Assembly: GCA_021286705.1 (NCBI GenBank)
Contig: JAJTBW010000001.1
Span: 9,325-73,324 of the forward strand
DNA from: Sphingobacteriia bacterium
GTDB lineage: Bacteria; Bacteroidota; Bacteroidia; Bacteroidales; TTA-H9
DNA length: 64,000 nucleotides
Direction: 5' to 3'
The notes under the pieces were generated by a model. The model was given only the letters and a program-made list of their open reading frames with translations, was not told where the DNA came from and did no database searches. The position numbers and the translations under genes were made by a program. Numbering within the stretch: the stretch's first letter is position 1; each line of letters begins with the position of its first letter. Below, one piece after another: positions 8,881 to 19,303 of the stretch.

Positions 8881-11800
8881 CTAATTTAACAAAAAGAACC
8901 GGTTCTCAAATGGTTTGATAGTGGTGCTTGTATTCTTCATTTTCTCACCCAATGCATTAACAGGGGTGATCGTAATTCGTCCCCCATCTGGGTTGTAGAG
9001 TTCAAGGTTGGTGGTGATGCCTTCGGTCTCACGTACCTGTATTAGTGCCTTATTTCCTAGCTCATTGGGCTTTGCTGTTATAAGTGTGATGTTATCAGGC
9101 CAGCCGGATATCCAGGATGCCTCTGATCCCATCTCTTTGTTGTATTTGTCGTCTCCTCCTCCAGCAAAGACTCTTGCTTCGGGGGAGGTACAGATAGAGT
9201 TGCCCCAATTAACGGCATCTGTGCGGCTGTTCTTTCCTGAGGTGATGGAGTAGGAGAACTGCATGCCCCCACGTTGCTCGGCATTGAAGTTGGTCGTCCA
9301 ATAGTTGTTCATGGGCCACCCAAAGATATGGGTCGAGGCTGGCATGGCACCTGCCTGATATCGACCGGTATTGATGCCACCTGCCTGGATAAGTGGTGCC
9401 CCCGCGGAACTCAGTACAATCTGATCCTCTTTGTTGACCACCCTTACATATCGCTGCATTGTGTTCCAATCATTTGAGGAGCCTGCAATCTGATCTTTGC
9501 CGGCTATCATCTCTCCCCCGGCTACATCTATTGCAATCTCCCCATTGTTGCTCTTAAAGGGAAATGCTATGTAGACTCCCTCCGGCTCGGTGATCGATCT
9601 CTTGTTGAGCCTGTAGATAACGTCTATTCGTTTCTCGGTGTTAAATAGCCTATATTCGATCTCAAGCAGGCTACCCTCCATGCAAAGGGGCGTCTTTGCC
9701 TTAAAGATCACGGCATCCCAGATGTCACCTCGTTCAGTGCGGTCAAGCCAGATAGAGTCGGGTGTGTTTCTCCGGTAATCGGTCAGTCGGTACATCTCCA
9801 TCTGCTCACGGTTTCCGAGCTCCTCATGGATTACCTCGCCAAACTGCCAGCGACTTGTATCATCCAGAATTTCACGATCTAACTGTTTATCGTAGAGCCG
9901 GCTTATGGTTCCCCTGCTGGGGTCAAATGATATCTTATACCAGTTATTGACTATGGGCTTGCTTATGTCAAGTTTTAGGGACTGCCAGTTATCTAACGAA
10001 CCCACTTTTTCATTGAGGTAGATATTCAGTTTTTTAAATCCAAAGGGGGGCAGATCATGGCAATAGATGTTCCACATATCTCCGTCGGGGAAGGGCTCCT
10101 CCAGTTGGACCTCCACCTGATTATCTGCGTCATCGGCAATGATAAAAGGCTGGTATTTGGGAATGATCTGATGGTCAATATAGACCTTCGTTAAGCCACT
10201 CACTTGATTGCTCTGGGTGTTGAAGAGGTAGATCGTTGGGTCTTTCCCTCGTGAGAAGAGCGATTGTAGTTGACCAAGGGCCTCTTCTTTCAAGCTTGTT
10301 ACCCTTCGTTTGGCTTCCCATGCATACGACTCTTTGATGGCTCTTTGCTCGATTGTTTTAGGGTTCCAGGGCTCTTTTACGCTAGCATGTTTACGCTAGC
10401 ATGGTATCCTAAGGTGTGTTCGACATAGAAAAGCTGTGCTTTGATAGCCTCCTGACGCCTATTCTCCAGATCGGTTGGGAGCCAGGCATAGTTCAATAGA
10501 GCCATCGTGAAAAGACTCTGTATGGAGGCCAACTCAAATTGAGCCTCCCTGACTGCCTCTACCTCGCGGGTGGATGCCCCGAACCCATCCGTCCACCAGT
10601 CAGGCCAGGCACCCTTGATGACCGGTATCTCATCCTGATGTTTTGTGGCCATGGTGCTGAAGAAACCATCAACTGTGGAGGTGGTTAGCTTAGGCCAGCT
10701 ATATTTCTTGTTCCACTGCATGATCATCTCGGATGCAAGGGTGGAGGGAGGCGAATTATCGGTTTGGTATCCGGAGTGTTGTATGGCGATCATGTCGTAG
10801 GGGTATCCCTTCTCCTCCAGCTTAGTCAGGTATGAGAGAAGCTCTTCCTCGAAGATGTTAAAGTCGCCTGCATGGATCTTAAATAGGGTGTTGCCGGTCA
10901 TGTAGTGTTCGGCACGGAAGGTGAGGATACGGTTCCCTGAGGGCGACTCCCACCAGAAGAGCGTTGGCTTGTCGAAGCAGACCAGTGCCCTATGACCATG
11001 TGTCCCCATGTTGAGGTATTTGACCCCCATTTGAGGGAAGATATCAGCCATAGCCCAACCGATGCCGTTAACATCGTTCTGCATCGCCGATTCAACCTTT
11101 AGCCCCTCCGCTCGTATCGTAGCAATCGCCTGCATCGACTCCGCCAGGAGCCACTCATTGGGTAGCTCGTCGTAGTTCAGGTACATCCCCGTAAGGGCAA
11201 TCCTTCCCTCATTGACCCGCTGCTTCAGTCGCTTCACCTGTTCACTTGGCCTGGTTTTGATATACTCGGCTACCGCCCATGAGGTCTCACACGTCCATCG
11301 AAACTGAGCTTCCGAAGGCATCCCGTCTGTTAAATCGCAATAATCCAGAGCATAGTCGATATAACGCAGATGCTCGGCCAGGATATCCCCTTGGGGACGG
11401 GTATATCCGATGTCGGTATGCGAGTGCTGGATGAAGCTGACCTGCCATCTCTTGACGGGAGAGCGCTCAAGTTGTCCGCTCCAGATCTTTTCTCCCGCCT
11501 CGATACGATATGGCACCGAGGTGGTTTTTGTCACCAGTGGCACCGATATTTTAAGATAGTTATAGCCGAAATGGAGTGAATCCTCCGCTGTGAGGCTGTC
11601 GTTGATGAAGACTTTTACTCTGTTTGGCGCCCCATAGTGCATGATCCCGGCGATAGCCAGCTGGCGTTCGCCATTTTTGGTGGAGATAAGTGCGGGTAAG
11701 GCTTTGAAATTCAGCCCGTCGTTGAGCGGTAGCACATAGACGATATACCAGGAGCTTTTATTCTCTTTTCTACCGGTGACCTTGATGGTGATGGGTTGGC

Positions 11801-12329
11801 CTACCGTCAGTTCCGACGAGGGGAGGGTGAGGAACATAAATCCGAAGTGGTCGCCATATTGGTCGATCATATCTTTTTTGAACATCAGCGAGGCTCCGTT
11901 GCCATCATCCAGCACCCAGTGGTCGCTGCCATCGGTATAGAAGGTAAAACGTTTGACCCCTTGAACCTCGACATCGAAGGCCGCCTTGCCGGGTGAGGAG
12001 CCTATGGCCGCAAGCCAGGCGAAACAGACCTTTTTTGAGAGCGGTTTATTCGGAACCGGTGCCGACTGCCACTCTACTGCGGAGGTGCCATCGGTCGCCC
12101 TTGCCAGCAGACACTCACGAGCGATCGATATCGAGGAGTGGTAATTAAAGTCACTACCTGCGATCTTCTTCGCAAAGCCATTTACATAGCTGATCTCTTG
12201 CACAGCGTTCTGTTGTCCATAAAGAGCCAACGACAAGAAGATGAGCATGGTAGTAAAGGTGCGGCTTAACATAACGGTTCCGGTTTGAGATTTTGTGTGA
12301 AGGTTCAAAGATATTAATAACAAAAACAA
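8881..12329 (-). pseudogene. GH38-like alpha-mannosidase split into two ORFs (10377-12329 and 8881-10293) by a 14-bp tandem duplication
   Basis: The N-terminal ORF carries FIQHSHTDIGYT, a GH38-type HxHxD motif. Deleting one copy of the duplicated 14-mer fuses ...GYHASV to KEPWNPKTIEQRAIKESYAWEAKRRVTSLKEEALGQLQS, which runs straight into the second ORF. The likely native start is MLSRTF at 12272. Confidence 0.8.
10376..10403. repeat. Perfect tandem duplication of 14 bp (TTTACGCTAGCATG x 2) causing the frameshift in the mannosidase gene
   Basis: Read directly: copy 1 is 10376-10389 and copy 2 is 10390-10403. Confidence 0.95.
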
Positions 12330-12645
12330 AAAAGAGCATTTTACGGATAATGGTAAAATTATATCGGTTGCCAGCAGCCAGTAGCCAATCTCTTTTTTCT
12401 AACCATCACATTTCCAGTATCTCTGTGGTTCCTCTCTCATGATTGAGTCTACCCCGATCGGATAAAAAGATTGAGGCTTGATTGTATATTGAGATTTAAT
12501 TGAGATTATCACCGTACAAAGATTGTTCCAAAAAGTTTAACAACACTTTTGTCACTAGTTGATTTTTGTCCCCCATAAAAAAGATACAGGTCTCAGAAAA
12601 GCCTTATTTCATCAGGTTTAACGATAATCCCTTCATTTGAGAGAA

Positions 12646-12711
12646 ATAAGAGAAACATAAGAGAAACATAAGAGCGATATAAGAGGGATATAAGAGGGAT
12701 ATAAGAGAGAG
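12646..12711. repeat. Tandem repeat, 11-bp unit x 6 (ATAAGAGNNNN)
   Basis: Unit boundaries read directly at 12646, 12657, 12668, 12679, 12690 and 12701. Confidence 0.95.
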
Positions 12712-13126
12712 CCTTGTAAAGAACAGTATATTAAGATGTTACGATATAGATTTTTGGATTTGTATAACACTAAGTGAATCAATGAGTTAGATTATTTACT
12801 TTTTTTAATAAATTAGATAAAAAGAGAAAATCGACTGCTGGTTGACCTTACGGTAGTCCATTTATTGGAGTAATTTTTCGTATTTGGGACAGCAGTTCTA
12901 TTTTGGTTACCCTATTCGATAGTAGTTTGGAAGTAGCTTTTCCCTCTTCTTTAAAGAATTCTTAGTTTCTTTCCTTAAAAGAGAGTAGAGCGAAATTTTA
13001 CAAGTGTCGATGATTATACGACCATTTTCCAATCAAAAGTGTCGTTTTAGAATCATTATAGGCTATGATAATCAGGGTGATAAGGAAATTTACTTTTTTT
13101 TCACCTTTTTTGTATTTATGAGAAAC

Positions 13127-13310
13127 TTTTCATATCATTGTGGCTTCGATATTTAGTTTTACTCAATCTAAGTTACATAGGGCAAAATTCAAGATATGTG
13201 CAGAAATTGCATGTGTTTGTTTGATCTTTGTGACCCTTGTTAGACAGTGAGTTATAACTAATTCTCTGGGACTGACGGGGCGAAGCTATAAAAGAGCGAG
13301 CCATTTTTTT
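13127..13310 (+). repeat. Conserved non-coding element, copy 1 (paralogue of 34184-34368)
   Basis: Alignable over ~180 bp with copy 2. Two invariant blocks, TTGTTAGACAGTGAGTTA (13237-13254) and CTGGGACTGACGGGGCGAAGCT (13266-13287), are separated by an 11-nt variable spacer and followed by a T-run. Confidence 0.8.
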
Positions 13311-14310
13311 CATCTGAATTTGAGGTAAAAAACTAGGGGGTGGTCTTCCTCGGTGAAATGTTGGGCTGTTGGAACGTTGACAGGAGTGTAAAAGCTTGGT
13401 TAAGCTTATTCATGAGGTAATTGCGATACCACAGTGTACTGTTTGGAGGATACAAATCTGTTAAATTAGCGTTGCCATGGCTGTTGATATAATAGAACTA
13501 ATTAGTATTAAGTAGAGCGCAATTGCAGTCATCAAAGAGATATACACATTCATAATGCTAAGATTTCGTTGCATTGCAATCGGATCATCTCTTTTCTAGG
13601 CTGATTGAAATAAAAAATAGTGGAGGTCAGCAACTTTAGTTGCCATCTTTTTAGGATGGGTTCCTGTATTAGGTTGGATTCTGTGGTTATTAGGTTTAAT
13701 CTTTTCATTTGTTGGCGTTTTTAAGACACCAAAGGGTTTATCAATTGCCGGATTGGTTATTTCCTTAATAGGAGTAATTATACTAATCGTGGTATTTGGT
13801 GCAATTTTAGGTGCAGCGGCTACCATGCAATAGTGATATTAACGATTTAATCTTTTCGAATGATTATTTGACGTTCAGAAGGACACTTCCTTGAAAGTTC
13901 AACAATCTGCGAAATGGTAAATTTGCCAGTATTCATATCTGTTCCCATTTCCGGTTAGCCGTAAAGGAACAAAATTCAAAAGGGCGACAAGGTTTTTGAT
14001 GGGTATATCATTGTATATGAATATATTATAGGTGATTTTAATAAATTTTAATAGACACTTGTGATTCTAAGAGTATCTGTTTTGTAGAAGGCCAACATTG
14101 GAGATTTGTTTGAGTATTCAGTTGATTATTTACTAAGTCAAAATGACAATCAACTCAGTTTATTTGAAAAGTAAAATATTTATCGCATTAGCAATTTACT
14201 TAGTTAAACTATTTACAGAAGTATTTCTTTTGACTGTTTAAATACCTGTTAAATAGGTGGAGTGAGATTTGTCAAGTCATTATCTTAAAATATTATAGCT
14301 AATTTCTTTA

Positions 14311-14889
14311 ATGAATAAAAATGAATTATTCACATTAACTGATCATCAAATCATTGAAAGCCTCATTCAAGGGAATAGTCAGGTAATTCAGTACTTATTT
14401 TATGAGAAATGTAGCTCCATGTTTGGCTACATTATCAAGGAGATTTTCTCATATAAAGTTGATAAGGATGAACTTGTCAATGAGCTTTATATTTATCTGA
14501 GTGAGGACAACTGGAAAAAAGTCAGGGAATTTGAAGGGCGTAGCAAGTTTACAACTTGGCTTTCAGTAATTTCAGTACGTTATTTCTGTAAGAAAAAGCG
14601 AGATAGGATAGATTTTGATCCAAGAAAAGCCCAAATAGATGAAGCAGCGAAACTTCCCAATACTACTAAGTTTGATAGTTTTGTATGTAATATGGATCTA
14701 TATGGCGCAATAAATAAATTGAAAAATCCCAGGGACCGTTTTGTCTTAATGTCATTAGAAATTCGAGAACAAACAGTTGAGGAGGTTGCTAAGGCACTTA
14801 ATATTTCCGTCGATAATTTGTACAATGTACGTAGAAGAGCAAAAAAACACCTGTCTAATATATTAACCGAATATAAATATGAAAACTAA
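14311..14889 (+). CDS. Sigma-70 family (ECF-like) RNA polymerase sigma factor
   Basis: 192 aa. Region-2-like segment is ELVNELYIYLSEDNWKKVREFEGRSKFTTWLSVISVRYF. Region-4 HTH is RDRFVLMSLEIREQTVEEVAKALNISVDNLYNVRRRAKKHL. Confidence 0.8.
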   Translation: MNKNELFTLTDHQIIESLIQGNSQVIQYLFYEKCSSMFGYIIKEIFSYKVDKDELVNELYIYLSEDNWKKVREFEGRSKFTTWLSVISVRYFCKKKRDRIDFDPRKAQIDEAAKLPNTTKFDSFVCNMDLYGAINKLKNPRDRFVLMSLEIREQTVEEVAKALNISVDNLYNVRRRAKKHLSNILTEYKYEN

Positions 14890-16135
14890 TAAATATATAT
14901 CAGAAGAGTTGTTGGCTGCTTTTATTGATGGAACTACGACTCAGGAACAGAACGATTATACTCTAGATGTTTTCAAGGACGATCCTGAACTATACAAAGA
15001 ATTTTGGATAGCCTATCTGGCAGCAAATTTGCCAGTAGGGGAGGATAGAACTCCTCATGAAAATAATGATACATCTTTTAATGGCAACATCCCTACTATA
15101 ATAGTAGGTGGTGGTATGGCTGCCGGATCACTGATCGGTAATGTGTTTGAGCACAGTCACATTCCAATGGTAGCAGTAAATAGTGATGAAAATAATTTTT
15201 TGGATGATAGATTAATGCATCACAATGACTCAATATCTGCAAACGATTTTACTCATCTGATGGAAATAGCAATTCATAAAGCACCAAATCAATTTGGAGA
15301 AGAGGCAAACAATTACGTTTCACCTAACGTAGATCAAGGATATAGTGATACCTGTGCTGTTCGCTCCCAACAATTAGTATTAAATGATTTTGGAATTCCG
15401 GTAACTCAAGAAGATTTAATTAAAGAGGCTACTCAACATGGTTGGTATACTCAAGGTGAAGGAACTCCTTTGGAGTATGTAGGAAATTTGCTTGAAAATC
15501 ACGGAGTGGAAGTCAATCGGTTTGAAAATGCCAATATCTTTAATTTGACAAATGAGTTAGCACAAGGTCATAAAGTAATTATTGGAGTTGATGCCAACGA
15601 GCTTTGGCATAACGGTTTTTGGCAACATGCTAAAGATTCGATAATCGGAGATACTCCTAATCATGCACTGATTGTTGCTGGAATAGATACCAGTGACCCT
15701 AAGCAAGTACAGGTCATTCTCGAAGACCCGGGAACCGGTGATGTGGCAAAAGCTTATCCTATGGAACAATTTCTGGATGCATGGAAGGATTCTCATTGCT
15801 TTATGGTTTCAACTCAAGAGCCAGCCCCACTAGCATTTAATCAGGAAACAATGATGGGTTTCGATTACGACAAAGGGCGTATTCAAAATTCAGAAACTCT
15901 TATGAGTAGTGTTGAAGACACCTATAGGATATCGGAATACCCCTCCATTGATCCTGAACCAACATTCCCAGAATTCGACCGCATAGATACAAATCATGAG
16001 CCGTCTCATCCCGGATATGTACCTATTAGTGAAGAATATGATCCACGCCATCCGGAATATAAAATAGATAAACACCACCCAGAAGATGATCATCATGATG
16101 ATTTAGATATTTCGCATTTAGACCATAATGTATAA
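14879..16135 (+). CDS. Anti-sigma-like N-terminus + hydrophobic segment + papain-like (C39-type) cysteine peptidase domain + His/Asp-rich tail
   Basis: It overlaps the sigma gene by 11 nt. The N-terminus ISEELLAAFIDGTTTQEQ resembles anti-sigma factors, and IPTIIVGGGMAAGSLIGNVF is a possible TM segment. Peptidase signature is Q-x5-C (DQGYSDTCAVRSQQ), NHALIVAGID (His) and ILEDPG (Asp). The tail is KHHPEDDHHDDLDISHLDH. Confidence 0.6.
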   Translation: MKTNKYISEELLAAFIDGTTTQEQNDYTLDVFKDDPELYKEFWIAYLAANLPVGEDRTPHENNDTSFNGNIPTIIVGGGMAAGSLIGNVFEHSHIPMVAVNSDENNFLDDRLMHHNDSISANDFTHLMEIAIHKAPNQFGEEANNYVSPNVDQGYSDTCAVRSQQLVLNDFGIPVTQEDLIKEATQHGWYTQGEGTPLEYVGNLLENHGVEVNRFENANIFNLTNELAQGHKVIIGVDANELWHNGFWQHAKDSIIGDTPNHALIVAGIDTSDPKQVQVILEDPGTGDVAKAYPMEQFLDAWKDSHCFMVSTQEPAPLAFNQETMMGFDYDKGRIQNSETLMSSVEDTYRISEYPSIDPEPTFPEFDRIDTNHEPSHPGYVPISEEYDPRHPEYKIDKHHPEDDHHDDLDISHLDHNV

Positions 16136-18098
16136 TACGAATATGACACAAGAAGAAATTAAACAAGAAACGACTTTATTGAGAGACAACATACTTTCAA
16201 TAATGAAAAAGATGATTGAACAAAAAGCGGGTAAATTTGGAGATAATCTGCCAGCTTATGATATCAGTTTTGAAGCAGCTTACAATTTACTTATTAAACC
16301 TGATTATAATTTAGTGATTAGTGGCGAAGTAAATAGGGGTAAAAGTACTTTGATTAATGCCATTATTGGTCGAGACATTTTACCAACTTATGATAAGGAA
16401 ACAACTTCACAAGTATTTAAAATTATCAATTCAAAAGTAGAATCTTTTTTCATTGTATTTGACAACGGTGATACACAGACAATCACAAAAGAGGAGCTAA
16501 AGCATTTTGGATCTCAAGTTGAAGCAAGCAATAGTATCAACAATGATTTAGGTAATAGAAGAATTGCTTACATACAAGTAAATACTCCAATTGAATTTTT
16601 ACCTGAAGGTGTTACAATTGTAGATACTCCGGGTATTGGCTCTACCTATAAACAACACTCTGAAATCACAAAAGGCTTTATGCAATATGCTGATTCAATA
16701 ATATATCTGTGCAGTGCCAAAAAGCCGCTTGAGATGACCGACATTAGTTTTATTAAAGACAATGTATTAAGCTTACATCATGTGCCGAGCATCATGTTTG
16801 TGATGTCAAAAGTAGATGAGGCTGATAGCGAGGATGCTTTAAAAGAACAAATCAAAAGAAGTGAAACTTTGATAAAAGAAAACTTTGAGGATAATATTGT
16901 GATTAACAAAACGATATTTCCTGTTAGTAGCATATTGTTGATAAAATCATCAAATGCAACCAACGACTGGAAACATCTTTATTATGATAATTCTTGTTTT
17001 GGAAAGATTAAAGAAGAAATTCAACTTTCAATTATTCGAACCCGTGGTCTTGAATGGTCTATTAATGGATTTAATGAATGTGTAAGATATTATAATAAAG
17101 TCTCAAATTCACTTAGTCAGCACATTGATTTATTTGATAAAACTGTAAATGCCCAAAATGCTACTTTCAAATCAGTGGAAGCCAATAGAGCCAAATTTAT
17201 GTCTGATATGGGGCCTCTAAAAAGTAAAAAAATTCTGGACGATATTGCCAATCTACTAAATGCAATTAAACCTCACATGAGAAAGGAATGTAGTCTGAAT
17301 GGTAATATATATCAAAATTATATTGATAAAATTAAATCAGAATTGAGGTCTGATATGAGTCAGGAAGATATAAATGAATATGCCAATCAATTACAAGAAA
17401 ATGTTATTTCAGACATTACAGATAAATGGAATGAACTCTGTAAAGTTGCAAATGACCAGGTTTCTACCTTATTACAGGAATACAGTCACGAATGTAGCAG
17501 ATACGCAGATGATTCATATACAATAAGCAATACAAATATTGATTTAAAGATTGATATTTCACCATCAAATAGGGAATATATTCAAGGAATTCGTTCTCAA
17601 TACCTTAATGCAATGTTTGTTTGTAATGCCGCAACATTACTTGGAAGCTTAGTTTTTGGCCCCGTTGGTCCAGTTATTTGGGTAATTGCGAATATCGGGC
17701 CTATTTTATATGGAGCTATTTTTGGCAGAAAAGAAGCAAAAGAAAAAGCATTCATTAAAGTTCAAAAAGATATTGAAGACTATTTGAGAAAAATTATACA
17801 TGGTGCAGAAAATCAGCTTTTTGAAGTATCTGTTTTTGATGGTAAATATCAATCAACTGTTGATGCATTTGTAAAATCTATGTATCAATTCTCAGAAAGT
17901 ATGATTAAAGAAACATATAAAAAATGTGAGGAAGAGCTGATTGAAAACGAGAAGAAGGTAAAGGAAATAATTTCCGGTATTGATCCTTCAAAAAAGACTG
18001 TACTCGTTAATCTTCTGACAATATGGAAAGAGTTCGGAAAAAATCTTCAGAGCAACTCTGAAACTTTGAATAAGTTGAATCAAATTATGTTTGCTTAA
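16128..18098 (+). CDS. Dynamin-like GTPase 1 (bacterial dynamin-like protein) with C-terminal hydrophobic hairpin
   Basis: G1 is GEVNRGKSTLINAIIG, G3 is VDTPGIGS and the G4-like motif is MSKVD. A long helical region follows. The hydrophobic segment AATLLGSLVFGPVGPVIWVIANIGPILYGAIFG resembles a BDLP paddle or membrane insertion. Confidence 0.8.
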   Translation: MYNTNMTQEEIKQETTLLRDNILSIMKKMIEQKAGKFGDNLPAYDISFEAAYNLLIKPDYNLVISGEVNRGKSTLINAIIGRDILPTYDKETTSQVFKIINSKVESFFIVFDNGDTQTITKEELKHFGSQVEASNSINNDLGNRRIAYIQVNTPIEFLPEGVTIVDTPGIGSTYKQHSEITKGFMQYADSIIYLCSAKKPLEMTDISFIKDNVLSLHHVPSIMFVMSKVDEADSEDALKEQIKRSETLIKENFEDNIVINKTIFPVSSILLIKSSNATNDWKHLYYDNSCFGKIKEEIQLSIIRTRGLEWSINGFNECVRYYNKVSNSLSQHIDLFDKTVNAQNATFKSVEANRAKFMSDMGPLKSKKILDDIANLLNAIKPHMRKECSLNGNIYQNYIDKIKSELRSDMSQEDINEYANQLQENVISDITDKWNELCKVANDQVSTLLQEYSHECSRYADDSYTISNTNIDLKIDISPSNREYIQGIRSQYLNAMFVCNAATLLGSLVFGPVGPVIWVIANIGPILYGAIFGRKEAKEKAFIKVQKDIEDYLRKIIHGAENQLFEVSVFDGKYQSTVDAFVKSMYQFSESMIKETYKKCEEELIENEKKVKEIISGIDPSKKTVLVNLLTIWKEFGKNLQSNSETLNKLNQIMFA

Positions 18099-18100
18099 TT

Positions 18101-19303
18101 ATGGCCAGGCTAAGTATAGATTTTGGAACATCGTACTGCGCGGCGGCCTGGCTTTCACCTGAATCGGGAAAGCCGGAGGCCATTTCATTTGGAGCCGACG
18201 AATATAATAACAATAAATACTATAAATTTCCTTCAGCATTGATTTATGCAAAAGATCAGGCTGGAAATGAAGACGTTATAGTGGGCAAGCAAGCATACAA
18301 TCAAATTATTTCAGGGAAATCGTGCAAAAATGTTTGTTACAAGATTAAATCAGAGATGCGACCTCAAGTAACAAGACAGATAAATGGTTCACCTAAGAGA
18401 TATGAACAGATTGTAGCTGATTTGTTTAAGGCTATAAAGAAAAGAGCCTCTGATTCATGCAAACAGGATTTTGAAGAAGTAACGATCACACATCCTGCAA
18501 ACTTTGAATATCAGCAGTTATTAATTGATGCTGCTGATATAGCAGGTTGGCCTGAAAACAAAGTAACATTACTGGAAGAACCCATTGCTGCAATTTATGG
18601 TTTCTCTATAAATCAACAGATACCAGATAACTCTGGATTAGTTGTATTTGATTACGGTGGAGGGACAATAGATGTTACATATTTATTTAAAAAATCGAAT
18701 AATGAGTTTAAATGGTTCTTCCCTCCTAAAGGTGAATCAAAGTGTGGTGGTGAATATATCGACTTAGAGCTTTATCGTTACTTCTGCAAGCTTGCTAAAT
18801 TAGAAATGTCCGATTTAATCAACTATGAGTTATTAAATAAATGTCGGGCTATTAAAATAAATTTTTCCACGGATCAATTTTTAACTTCAGATAGGATTAG
18901 TATAGGAGACACCATTTATGCAATAAGTCGAAATAAGTTCAATGAACTAATCCAAATAAAGACTGATAGAGCAATTGATGTATTATCCAAAGTACTACAA
19001 GAATGTAAAAATCAAGATAAAACAATTGATTATTTATTGCTAAACGGGGGAAGTTCAAAGCTCCCAATCATCAAAGAATCTATTTTGAAACTTGGCTTTA
19101 ATGAAGATCAATTGATCTCATTTGATGGAGAGGATATTGCTGTAGCTTTAGGAGGAGTCGCAAAATATATTGAAAATTCTCAGAATAAAACAACGCTTAA
19201 GGAGAAAGAAAATATAAGTAAATTAGTCCATAATCAAAGAGTTAGTGACTTAAAATTTAAAGATCCAATATTTGATAATTTTAATTTTAGGAAAAAGATA
19301 TGA
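18101..19303 (+). CDS. Hsp70/actin-fold ATPase (nucleotide-binding domain only, no substrate-binding domain)
   Basis: Phosphate-1 is LSIDFGTSYCAAAW, phosphate-2 is VVFDYGGGTIDVTYL and the adenosine motif is LLLNGGSSKLPIIKE. The protein ends at 400 aa. Confidence 0.75.
   Translation: MARLSIDFGTSYCAAAWLSPESGKPEAISFGADEYNNNKYYKFPSALIYAKDQAGNEDVIVGKQAYNQIISGKSCKNVCYKIKSEMRPQVTRQINGSPKRYEQIVADLFKAIKKRASDSCKQDFEEVTITHPANFEYQQLLIDAADIAGWPENKVTLLEEPIAAIYGFSINQQIPDNSGLVVFDYGGGTIDVTYLFKKSNNEFKWFFPPKGESKCGGEYIDLELYRYFCKLAKLEMSDLINYELLNKCRAIKINFSTDQFLTSDRISIGDTIYAISRNKFNELIQIKTDRAIDVLSKVLQECKNQDKTIDYLLLNGGSSKLPIIKESILKLGFNEDQLISFDGEDIAVALGGVAKYIENSQNKTTLKEKENISKLVHNQRVSDLKFKDPIFDNFNFRKKI

Noticed and set aside
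9008-11996. Short ORFs in other frames or antisense within the mannosidase region (9008-9253, 9078-9284, 9209-9469, 9274-9477, 9762-9950, 10898-11095, 11370-11579, 11796-11996).
   Set aside because: They are shadow ORFs inside a long, motif-bearing coding frame in relatively GC-rich DNA. They have no independent support.
13596-13826. 76-aa ORF on the minus strand from the ORF track.
   Set aside because: Its sequence is low-complexity (P/N/T/K/I-rich) and is the antisense shadow of a much more protein-like double-TM frame on the + strand, which itself lacks a start codon.
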